52,675 bases of DNA from a virus (lineage: Duplodnaviria; Caudoviricetes): positions 1 through 52,675 of the IMG/VR virus record IMGVR_UViG_3300009506_000045; one strand, 5' to 3'. Made by a program: the position numbers and the translations under genes. Of the stretch, positions 26,685 to 34,688 are shown one piece after another (position 1 is the stretch's first letter; each line of letters starts with the position of its first letter). Below the pieces are notes generated by a model that made no database searches, was not told where the DNA came from, and saw only the letters and a list, made by a program, of their open reading frames with translations.

Positions 26685-26893
26685 CAGGCACCCGTCGCTG
26701 GGTCTGGGCCTACGTAGACGGGGCCTGGCGCCCCGCGGTCTTGGTCCGGAGGGTCGAGCGAGGGCGGCGGAAGGGGAGCTACTGGGTCGAGACCGAGGAG
26801 CTCCGAGGGGGAGCGTGGACCCGGAAGAGCTACGTCGTTTCGCCGGACGCGGTCCGCGAGGACCTGCCGGTCGTGACCAAGCATCGAGCCTAG
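26681..26893 (+). CDS. Small beta-barrel-like hypothetical protein
   Basis: SD GGAG, ATG 26681; '[16 protein letters not shown]...YWVE'. Confidence 0.6.
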   Translation: MTGTRRWVWAYVDGAWRPAVLVRRVERGRRKGSYWVETEELRGGAWTRKSYVVSPDAVREDLPVVTKHRA

Positions 26894-26903
26894 GGGGCGT
26901 AAG

Positions 26904-27614
26904 GTGCAATACTTCGGCGGCAAAGCTCGCGTCGGGCCGAGGATCGTGGTCGAGCTCGAACGGGTTCGCAACGGTCGTCCGTTCGTGGAGCCCTTCTGCG
27001 GGGGCCTCTGGATCACGCATCGGATGGCCGGTGAACGGTACGCCTCGGATCTCTGCCGACCGCTCATCACGCTCTACGAGGCCTTGCAGGATGGGTGGGA
27101 TCCGCCGTCGGTCGTGACCGAGGAGACCTACCACCGGATCAAGCAGGTCCAGGACCCGTTCGACCCGATGACGGCCTTCGTGGGCTTCGGCTGCTCGTTC
27201 GCGGGGAAGTTCTTCGGGGGCTACGCCCGGAATCTATCCGTCCGTAACTACGCTGCGACCGCTCGGAGCTCGCTCCTCCGGAAGATGAAGACCTGCCAGG
27301 ATGTGCGCTTCTCCTGTGTTGACTACCGGAAGATCGCCCCCAGGGGTACCCTCGTTTACCTGGACCCGCCCTACCTGAACTGCACCCCGGCAGGCGGGCT
27401 CAACTCGATCGATACCGAGGAGCTCTGGGCGGTAGTCCGTTCGTGGAGCGACCGTAACCTGGTCGTGGTCTCGGAGTACGTGGCCCCGCCCGACTTCCTC
27501 GAGCTGGCGGCCTTCCCAACGACGACCCGCATCCGTAACGCTCGGAACGAACAGGAACCCCGGCTCGAAAAGCTCTTCGTTCACGCATCCTTAGCACGAG
27601 AGGTAAACCTATGA
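26904..27614 (+). CDS. DNA N6-adenine methyltransferase (Dam/D12 class)
   Basis: 'YFGGK', 'EPFCGG', 'YLDPPY', 'VSEY'. Confidence 0.92.
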   Translation: MQYFGGKARVGPRIVVELERVRNGRPFVEPFCGGLWITHRMAGERYASDLCRPLITLYEALQDGWDPPSVVTEETYHRIKQVQDPFDPMTAFVGFGCSFAGKFFGGYARNLSVRNYAATARSSLLRKMKTCQDVRFSCVDYRKIAPRGTLVYLDPPYLNCTPAGGLNSIDTEELWAVVRSWSDRNLVVVSEYVAPPDFLELAAFPTTTRIRNARNEQEPRLEKLFVHASLAREVNL

Positions 27615-29641
27615 ACCTGCGCCTCGGAGCCTCGAACCTGAAGGCCGTCGACTTCGTCCAGGAGCTCACCGGGCTCGACCTGCTGATCGGCCCGAACGGG
27701 GTCGGCAAAAGCTCGCGGCTCGACGCCCTCAAGCTCCTCCTCCTCGGCTACGTGCCGATCCGGGGCAACCGCTCCGCCGGCTCGACCTACGCGGCCCTCG
27801 CCCGTGACCTGGAGCAGCCGATCGAGGTCTGGCTCTCGTGGACCGAGGAACTTCCCGACGCTCCGGAGGTTACCGAGCGGACCGTCCGTCGGATCGTCGA
27901 ACCAGCCCGAAACGACAAGCCGGGCAAGCAGATCCTCGTCGTCGACGACGTGAGGGCTCCGACCCTAAAGGAGGGGCAAGCCCGTCTCGAGGCCCTGCTC
28001 GGCCGGCACCTCGCGACCCTCGACCTGGCGAAGGCCCTCGGGGGCTCGGACGCGGATCGGCGGGCCTGGCTCCTGGAGACGTTCCCCCCGGACGCGGTGA
28101 CGCTGCCCGAGGATCTGCGGTACGAGGGCGCCCCGACGGACCCAGCCGAGCTCAAGCAGGACGTGACCGGGCACGTGACCGAGGTACGCGCGAGGCTCCG
28201 GGCCGCGGAGCAGGCCCACGAGGCCGCGAAGGCCGAGGCTCGGACGTGCCCCGACCCCCCGAACCTGGTCGACCTCGAGGAGCTTCTGGCGACCCTTCGA
28301 CGAGAGGTCGAGCAACGGGCCCGGCTCGAGGGTCGGCTCGAGACGCTCCGCTTCGATCCACCGCTGCGCGTCGATCCGCCCGGTGACGAGCCGGCCAAGC
28401 CGACCCGATCGGTGGCCGAGCTCGACGAGGAGGTCCGGCAGCTCACGCCGCGGCTCAAGGCGCTCGAGACGGCGAACGAGGCCCACCGGGCCCGGGAGGA
28501 GGAGCGGACCGCGTGGGCCCAGCAGGAGGCCCCGACCCGCGAGGCCTTCCTGGTGGCCTGCCGTAACCTCGGCTGGGAGGAGGCCGACCCTACGGACGCT
28601 CGGCAGCGTTTGGCGGCCGAGCTGGCTAACCTCGACGAGGCCATCGATCGGGCCGGCGTCACGGAGGCCCCGACCATCTGCCCGATCAGCGAGATGGTGA
28701 CCTGTCCCGTGCGGTGGGAGCCGCACCTCGAGGACCTAGCGGCGAGACGCGACCAGCTCCGAGGGGAGCGGGCCAAGCTCCAGAGCGTCTCCGACCTGGC
28801 GACCGCGTGGTCGGTGCTCGGCACCGCCCCGCCCGCGCTCCCTGACGTAGGGGAGGAGCTCCAGCGGGTCCGGGACAAGCTCGCGGAGATCCGGGACACC
28901 GCCCGGACGTCCCGGGAGGCAGAGGCCGCGTGGAGCACCTGGGAGGCCGCGCGGCAGGCTTACGAGGCCTACCAGGCCGAGCTCGCTCGGCACGAGGCGG
29001 CCGTCCGGGAGCTCGATCGGCTCGAGGGCGAGCTCGCCAAGCTGACGGTCGTGGACCCCCAGCCCACCGAGGACCGCCTCAAGGAGGGGCGCGAGAGGGC
29101 TTCGCGCAAGCGGCACGTGACCGAGCAGGTCGAGCGCACGCTCCGGGCCCTCGAGGCGGCCCGGGCGGCCTACGAGCGCTGGACGGCCCGGCAGGAGCTG
29201 GTCGCCCAGGTAGAGCGGCAGGCCCTCGGCCAGGCCTCGGGGATCGACGTCCCCGGGCTCGGTCGGCTCGAGGTCGACGCGGAGGCGGCCCGGATCTCGG
29301 TCGGCGGCCGGACGCTCGACGCTCTGTCGGCGGGCGAGCAGGTCCTGGCCCTAACCTACCTGACCCTGTACGCGCTCGGAGGGACAGGCTCGACCGACGA
29401 GAAGCGTTCGACCGACGAGAAGCGTTCGACCGACGAGAAGCGTTCGACCGACGAGAAGCGTTCGACCGACGAGAAGCGTTTTCTCGTGGTTGAAGCAGCC
29501 GAGCTCCACCCGACCCTCTTCGCGGACCTCCTGGCTCACCTGGTCAAGCTCGACGGGCTCTACGTGATCGTCTGCCGACCGGAGGGCCTGGCCCGTCCGA
29601 TCGACGGGGTTACGGTCTGGAACCTGGGGGGTGCATCATGA
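27611..29641 (+). CDS. Rad50/SbcC-like ABC ATPase with coiled coil
   Basis: Walker A GPNGVGKS; central 'CPISEMVTC' hook-like; signature LSAGE; degenerate Walker B. Confidence 0.8.
   Translation: MNLRLGASNLKAVDFVQELTGLDLLIGPNGVGKSSRLDALKLLLLGYVPIRGNRSAGSTYAALARDLEQPIEVWLSWTEELPDAPEVTERTVRRIVEPARNDKPGKQILVVDDVRAPTLKEGQARLEALLGRHLATLDLAKALGGSDADRRAWLLETFPPDAVTLPEDLRYEGAPTDPAELKQDVTGHVTEVRARLRAAEQAHEAAKAEARTCPDPPNLVDLEELLATLRREVEQRARLEGRLETLRFDPPLRVDPPGDEPAKPTRSVAELDEEVRQLTPRLKALETANEAHRAREEERTAWAQQEAPTREAFLVACRNLGWEEADPTDARQRLAAELANLDEAIDRAGVTEAPTICPISEMVTCPVRWEPHLEDLAARRDQLRGERAKLQSVSDLATAWSVLGTAPPALPDVGEELQRVRDKLAEIRDTARTSREAEAAWSTWEAARQAYEAYQAELARHEAAVRELDRLEGELAKLTVVDPQPTEDRLKEGRERASRKRHVTEQVERTLRALEAARAAYERWTARQELVAQVERQALGQASGIDVPGLGRLEVDAEAARISVGGRTLDALSAGEQVLALTYLTLYALGGTGSTDEKRSTDEKRSTDEKRSTDEKRSTDEKRFLVVEAAELHPTLFADLLAHLVKLDGLYVIVCRPEGLARPIDGVTVWNLGGAS
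29390..29479. repeat. 18-bp perfect tandem repeat x5 (STDEKR)
   Basis: TCGACCGACGAGAAGCGT x5. Confidence 0.97.
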
Positions 29642-30441
29642 AGCGCTGGTTCCTGCTGGACGGCCCCGGGGTCGAGGCCCTCGCGAGCACGGAGGGGACC
29701 TACCTCAGGGCCTACCTCACGCAGGACGCCGACCCCAACGGCGTCGAGGTGGTGCGCGTGCTTCCGCCCTGCGGGGAACCGCTGCAGGCGTCCGAGGTCC
29801 CACCGGTCGATCACGGCGAGGCTGAGCCCAACGTCAAGACCGAACCGGACGATGCCTGGGTAGCCGAGACGGAACGGATCCGGGGCCTCCTCCAGGGGCG
29901 CGCGAGCGTTGGGAACGATGAGGATCACCACCTCTATGAGTCCCTGCTCGACCTGGTGAACCACGCGTGGGCGCACCTCGGGGTGCGCTGCGCGAACCTA
30001 GAGCGGGAGGCCGAGGCCGGAACAGCCTACACCTCCTCCTTCGGCGCGGACCTGGCGGCCCTCGCTGAGCGGGTCCACGGGCTGGACCAGGAGCTCACGA
30101 GCCTCGACCAAGAGGTGCTCGACCTCCGATCGCTCGTCGAGCAGCGCACGTCGGCGGTCGGACCACCGCCGCTCGTGCACGACCCGGAGGCCTCGTCGGG
30201 TTCAACCCCCTGGCCGGGGCCCGGCATCCAGCCCCCGCACCTTTGGCCGAAGCCCAGCTTCGAGACCACGCGTGACCTCAAGACCACGCGTGGCCTCAAG
30301 ACGAAACCTGGTTCCACCGAGGAGCTTGACCTCTTGCGCGAGATTCGAGCGCTTTCGATCCAGCACCTGGCCTCCGAGCCCTTCGGTCGATCCGACCTCC
30401 GGGACGCTTTGCGCCGCTACGAGAAGGAGTACCTATCATGA
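29638..30441 (+). CDS. Hypothetical protein with coiled coil
   Basis: ATGA-coupled on both sides. Confidence 0.65.
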   Translation: MKRWFLLDGPGVEALASTEGTYLRAYLTQDADPNGVEVVRVLPPCGEPLQASEVPPVDHGEAEPNVKTEPDDAWVAETERIRGLLQGRASVGNDEDHHLYESLLDLVNHAWAHLGVRCANLEREAEAGTAYTSSFGADLAALAERVHGLDQELTSLDQEVLDLRSLVEQRTSAVGPPPLVHDPEASSGSTPWPGPGIQPPHLWPKPSFETTRDLKTTRGLKTKPGSTEELDLLREIRALSIQHLASEPFGRSDLRDALRRYEKEYLS

Positions 30442-31211
30442 CCGAGCAGCTCGCCTTGATCGACGTCGAGACGACCGGGCTCGACCCCGCTACCTGCCGG
30501 GTGGTCGAGGTCGCGGTCCGGGTGATCGAGCCCCGCCCCGGCGGGGACTCCCGCACGCTCGAGAGCCTCGACGTCACGATCGACGCCGACGTCGACGTGC
30601 CGCCGGGTGCCGCGGCGGTTCACGGGCTGACCCGGGGCCTCCTGGCCCGCACCGGGGCGCCCCCGGCGACGGTCTGGGCTCAGGTGGCGAAGATGCTGGT
30701 CGGTCGGACGATGGTCGCTCACAACGCGCCCTTTGACCGGGACTTCGTGGCCTCCGAGCTCTACCGGCTCGGGGCCGACCGGGACGCTGAGTACGTGAGC
30801 GACCCCGACCGCTGGCTCGACACGCTCAACCTGTCTCGGCACCTGCTCCCGGACCTCGAGGCGCACGGCCTGCCGGCACTCTACTACGCGATGTTTCCCG
30901 ACCCTCCGACCAGACCGACTTTTCACCGGGCGGGGGAGGACGTGCAGATCCTGCAGCGGGTGCTCGACCAGCTCCTCGGCGCCTACGCACTCAAGAACCC
31001 TGGCGGGGTCGATGGGGACGTTATCGGGGGCCTGCTAGAGCTCGCCCAGACCCCGGCTATCGGCTTCCGGATGCCCACGGGCAAGCACAAGGGCATGGCC
31101 CTCTCCCGGCTCCCGACGGACTACCTGCGCTGGGTCGAGCGGTCGGGGGCGTTCCCGGGCTCGCTCCGGGACTCCCTTCTAGCCGTGCTCGCCCACCGAC
31201 GGGAGGCCTGA
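30438..31211 (+). CDS. DEDDh 3'-5' exonuclease (DnaQ-like)
   Basis: 'DVETTG', 'AHNAPFD', 'HRAGED'; C-terminal 'MPTGKHKG...PTDYLRW'. Confidence 0.9.
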   Translation: MTEQLALIDVETTGLDPATCRVVEVAVRVIEPRPGGDSRTLESLDVTIDADVDVPPGAAAVHGLTRGLLARTGAPPATVWAQVAKMLVGRTMVAHNAPFDRDFVASELYRLGADRDAEYVSDPDRWLDTLNLSRHLLPDLEAHGLPALYYAMFPDPPTRPTFHRAGEDVQILQRVLDQLLGAYALKNPGGVDGDVIGGLLELAQTPAIGFRMPTGKHKGMALSRLPTDYLRWVERSGAFPGSLRDSLLAVLAHRREA

Positions 31212-31213
31212 CC

Positions 31214-31402
31214 GTGGACAGGCACCAGGTCAGGCTCCAGGCGCGGGTGGAGCAGCTCGAGGCGTTTCAAGCTGAGGCGATCCGCCTCCTGGTGCGGGTC
31301 TACCTCGCGCTAGCCTTCAACCCGGAACCGTATGAACGAGATGAGGTTCGACATTCGGTCACGGATCTGTTACAACGAACCGCCAAGGAGGCTCAAAGAT
31401 GA
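31214..31402 (+). CDS. Hypothetical protein
   Basis: SD GGAGG; coupled to next gene. Confidence 0.6.
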   Translation: MDRHQVRLQARVEQLEAFQAEAIRLLVRVYLALAFNPEPYERDEVRHSVTDLLQRTAKEAQR

Positions 31403-31629
31403 CGGCGTCAAACGAGACCAAGACCCCTATACCCTACCTCGGCGTGGCCTACGTGTTCGAGGGTGATGAGGCCCGGCTGGTCGAGCACCTCAAGTTCCCG
31501 CTGATCGTCTTCGCGACCAGCCCGCAGGAAGCTCGAGAAAGGGTCGTCAAGATCGTCGCGAGAGATCGTCTCGTGCCCTCGGGCGACATCGACGCGGCCG
31601 AGGTGCGCGTGCTCCCTTTTTCGAACTGA
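31399..31629 (+). CDS. Small protein ending on slippery C CCT TTT; possible -1 extension to 31826
   Basis: SD AAGGAGG; ends VRVLPFSN; -1 frame open from 31614 to 31826. Confidence 0.7.
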   Translation: MTASNETKTPIPYLGVAYVFEGDEARLVEHLKFPLIVFATSPQEARERVVKIVARDRLVPSGDIDAAEVRVLPFSN

Positions 31630-31837
31630 CGGCGCTCCTCTTTGGCATGGCCGTCGAGTCGGTACCAGGTACCCCCGTCGGAGACGCTGGCGGGCTCCTC
31701 GTGCCGTCTAGCCTGGCGCGGGGCTTGTGCGACCGCGCCGCCACGGGGGGCATCATCAAGGACCCCATCCCGTACACCACCATCACGTGGACCGGTAACA
31801 CGAATAACCAGACCTACACCACCTAGAAGGAGGGCCG

Positions 31838-32116
31838 ATGTCAAAGTCCTGGAGAACCACGCTCGCCGGCTGGCTCGGCGGGGTCGGCCTGCTGGCCACC
31901 CAGCTCCGGAGCCTGCTGACCGACGGTACGATCGACTGGGAGGTGGTGCTCGCGGCCCTCGCGCTCTTCGGCCTCGGGCTGCAGGCCCGGGACCGCAAGG
32001 TTTCGAGCGAGGACGAGGGGATCAAGCCGGCCACGCCCTCGGTAGCGACCAAGGAGGCGATCGACAAGGCGATCGCCGACGTCCTGACCCAACCCAAGAC
32101 GGAGGTGCAACCGTGA
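31838..32116 (+). CDS. Holin-like 2-TM protein
   Basis: 'KSWRTTLAG' start, two TM segments, 'GLGLQARD', charged tail; SD AAGGAGG. Confidence 0.65.
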   Translation: MSKSWRTTLAGWLGGVGLLATQLRSLLTDGTIDWEVVLAALALFGLGLQARDRKVSSEDEGIKPATPSVATKEAIDKAIADVLTQPKTEVQP

Positions 32117-32361
32117 CGCTCGCCAACACCGTAACCTCGGCCCTGACGGCCCTCGAGGCGGGGGCGGCGGAGGACGTAGCCCGCTACGCGGCGGCGATCT
32201 CCGCGGACCTGGCCCGGGCGGCCGGCCGGCCGGAGCTCTACGCGGAGGTCCTGGCGCAGGCTCACCTCCTAGCCGAGAAGCACCGGCTGACCGTGGCCCG
32301 CGCTACCCTCGACGTGGCCCTGACGACCCTTCTCTCGACCCTGACCCCGGAGGCTACCTGA
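32113..32361 (+). CDS. Hypothetical helical protein
   Basis: GTG 32113 with SD GGAGG; 3' part of ORF 31642..32361. Confidence 0.6.
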   Translation: MTLANTVTSALTALEAGAAEDVARYAAAISADLARAAGRPELYAEVLAQAHLLAEKHRLTVARATLDVALTTLLSTLTPEAT

Positions 32362-32633
32362 TGCGTTCCAACCTGGGACAACGTTCCCGCCTAAGGCGGT
32401 ATGCTCGCGCGTTCCTGGTCAGCTCGGCCCTGCTGGTCTGCACCTCGTGCGTCGGCCCGGTCGGCGTCCAGCCGGAGGCCCTGCAGGGGGTGCTCGGCCC
32501 CGTGCTCGACCGCCACGACGCCTACGTGCGCGCCGACGCGGCGCTCGACCCGCTCGACAAGGCGACCTACCTCCGCTCCTCGGCCCTGATCCGGGAGACC
32601 GTGCAGGCTGCCGTGGGGACGCCGGTCCGATGA
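32361..32633 (+). CDS. Putative lipoprotein
   Basis: Basic N-region, hydrophobic core, lipobox-like 'CTSC'. Confidence 0.6.
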   Translation: MRSNLGQRSRLRRYARAFLVSSALLVCTSCVGPVGVQPEALQGVLGPVLDRHDAYVRADAALDPLDKATYLRSSALIRETVQAAVGTPVR

Positions 32634-32851
32634 AGCCGACCGCCGAAGCGACCCGACGGATCGTCCGGGCGATCCTCGACCGGGGGCGTGAGCTCGGGCT
32701 TACGGCGACCGAGCTCGGCCGTCGGGCGGGGGTTTCCCGGACGACCCTCTGGCGCCTCAAGCAGGGCCAGGGAGGGCGGCTCCACGTGATCCTGACCCTG
32801 GCCCACGAGGTCGGGTATGACCTGGTCCTTGGCCGAAAGGGGGGACCATGA
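32630..32851 (+). CDS. XRE-family HTH regulator
   Basis: 'GLTATELGRRAGVSRTTLWRLKQG' from ATG 32630. Confidence 0.85.
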   Translation: MKPTAEATRRIVRAILDRGRELGLTATELGRRAGVSRTTLWRLKQGQGGRLHVILTLAHEVGYDLVLGRKGGP

Positions 32852-33048
32852 TCGAGCTCGGAACCGCGCTCCTGCTCATCGGGCTGGTCCTGGCGAGCGG
32901 GGGGACAGGCGCGTTGCTGATCTGGCCGTTCGCGTTCCGACGCGGGCTGTTGGCCGGGCTGATGGAGGCAGGGGGGCTATACGCTCGATCCGTGGACCCG
33001 GACGAGGGTTACCTCGGCCCCCCTGCCGCTTCCTCGATAGGAGGCTAA
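32848..33048 (+). CDS. Small membrane protein
   Basis: Hydrophobic N-terminal half; ATGA-coupled. Confidence 0.55.
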   Translation: MIELGTALLLIGLVLASGGTGALLIWPFAFRRGLLAGLMEAGGLYARSVDPDEGYLGPPAASSIGG

Positions 33049-33051
33049 CCG

Positions 33052-33192
33052 ATGTCCTGGTGGATGATCCTGGCGCTGACGTTCTGGTTCAACTGGGGCC
33101 CCTGCGCCCCCATCCGATGGTGGCACGACCTGCACCGGATCCCGCACGTCGAGCGCCTCCACCGACCGATCCCGAGGCCGATCGAGCTCTAA
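33052..33192 (+). CDS. 46-aa Trp-rich peptide (not in ORF track)
   Basis: SD GGAGG at 33040; MSWWMILALTFWFNWGPCAPIRWW... Confidence 0.5.
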   Translation: MSWWMILALTFWFNWGPCAPIRWWHDLHRIPHVERLHRPIPRPIEL

Positions 33193-33252
33193 CGGGCTAA
33201 CAGCCTGACGGCTCGTCTGCTTGCGAAGGGCGGCGCTACCGAAAGGAAACCC

Positions 33253-33789
33253 ATGGCTCAAAGCAAGACAACCCGCACGAAGAAGGCGGGGGTGAAGACC
33301 AACCGGAGGACCAGCCGGAAGACCAACCGGAGGACCAGGCAACCGGCCAAGACCTACCAGCGGATCCGGTGCCGGACCTGCGGGCAGGAGACCACCCGGA
33401 AGGGCTTCCCGAAGCACCCGCGGGAGCGGTTGGAGGATTTTCGGATCTGCAATACCTGCCTCCGAGCGGGACGGGACTACCAGGAGCTCGGGGAGAAGCC
33501 CAACAACTGGGTGCCCCGGCCTGGCGTTCGGGGCTACGTGCCGGGGAGGGCGAACCAGCAGGGGTCCCAGGCGAACCCAACGGACTATCCGACGGGCTAT
33601 CCGACGGGCTACCCGACGGGCTACCCGTCGGCTACCGTGGGCTCCCTGCCACCGATCTCGACCCCAGGTGAGGCCCGGGTGCAAAGGCTCACCTACGGTG
33701 CGACGCCAGCGATCCAGACCGAGACGGTGAAGGAGCTTCTCCGGTCGGTCCTGCGCGAGCTCCTGGACGAGGAGAGCTACCCGAGGTAG
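33253..33789 (+). CDS. Basic Zn-finger protein
   Basis: K/R/T-rich N-terminus, CRTC...CNTC, PTGY repeats. Confidence 0.7.
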   Translation: MAQSKTTRTKKAGVKTNRRTSRKTNRRTRQPAKTYQRIRCRTCGQETTRKGFPKHPRERLEDFRICNTCLRAGRDYQELGEKPNNWVPRPGVRGYVPGRANQQGSQANPTDYPTGYPTGYPTGYPSATVGSLPPISTPGEARVQRLTYGATPAIQTETVKELLRSVLRELLDEESYPR

Positions 33790-33819
33790 ACTAGCCCCAG
33801 ATCCCAGGAGGTACGCCCG

Positions 33820-34074
33820 ATGGCCCGCGTTCGTCACCCTTACTGGCTCTTCGGTGGGCGAGACGACCGGGCCAAGGGCGGGATCGACGACCTCCTGGCG
33901 ACGTTCGCCAACCTGGACGCGGCCCTCGCCTACCTGGCCGAGCAGGAGCAGGGGTCCCGGGCTAACGGGGACTGGTACCAGCTCGTCGACGTTACCACGG
34001 CCTACGCGGTCCGCTCCCGCTACTACCTCGCGCGGGAGGGCTGGTTCGACTACCGAGAGGAGACGCGCCGATGA
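33820..34074 (+). CDS. Hypothetical protein
   Basis: SD AGGAGG; 'YWLFGG...GGIDDLLATF...DWYQLVD'. Confidence 0.7.
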   Translation: MARVRHPYWLFGGRDDRAKGGIDDLLATFANLDAALAYLAEQEQGSRANGDWYQLVDVTTAYAVRSRYYLAREGWFDYREETRR

Positions 34075-34487
34075 ACGTAGGGTTTTCGAGCGACCGCTCT
34101 TCTTTTTTCGCTCGATGGTTCCAAAAACGATACACCGAGGCAAGGCCAAACGAGAGGGTGCTCTGCCTGGACTTCGACGGGGTGCTGCACCGGTTCGAGA
34201 CACCTTTCGCCGACCCCGCGGTGATCCCAGACCCGCCCGTACCTCTCGCAGGAGCGTTCGTCCGGGCGGCCCTCCTGGCCTACGACCGCGTGGTGATCTG
34301 CTCGTGCCGGGCGCGGGTTCGACGAGGACGCCGAGCGATCCGACGCTGGCTCGAGGTCTGGGGTTTTCCTCAAGGTCTCGAGGTGACCTGCCGAAAACCC
34401 TTCGCGGAGGCCTACCTCGACGACCGGGGGATCCGGTTCGAGGGGAGCTGGCCGTGGGACCTGGTTCGGGGGGATCATCATGCTTGA
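34071..34487 (+). CDS. HAD-superfamily phosphatase/nucleotidase
   Basis: 'LDFDGVL', 'SCR', 'KP...YLDDR'. Confidence 0.85.
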   Translation: MNVGFSSDRSSFFARWFQKRYTEARPNERVLCLDFDGVLHRFETPFADPAVIPDPPVPLAGAFVRAALLAYDRVVICSCRARVRRGRRAIRRWLEVWGFPQGLEVTCRKPFAEAYLDDRGIRFEGSWPWDLVRGDHHA

Positions 34488-34674
34488 CGTGTTCGCGGTG
34501 TTGCTCGTGTCGGTCGGCGGAGCCTGGCTCTTCGGCCTGGTGCTCTCGGCGATCCAGAAGCGCCCCCAGCTCCTGCCGCCCGACGTCACCTACCAGGGGC
34601 TCGCGCTCTACACGATCGTTCACGCGGTCTTCTACCTCCTCGTCGGGGCGGCCCTGACGAGGCTGCTCAACTAA
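34480..34674 (+). CDS. Small 2-TM membrane protein
   Basis: Two hydrophobic helices. Confidence 0.65.
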   Translation: MLDVFAVLLVSVGGAWLFGLVLSAIQKRPQLLPPDVTYQGLALYTIVHAVFYLLVGAALTRLLN

Positions 34675-34688
34675 CCGGAGGCCTAACC

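Noticed and set aside
33193-33255. Hammerhead or twister ribozyme
   Set aside because: CTGACGG does not match the CUGANGA core, and the required stems could not be built
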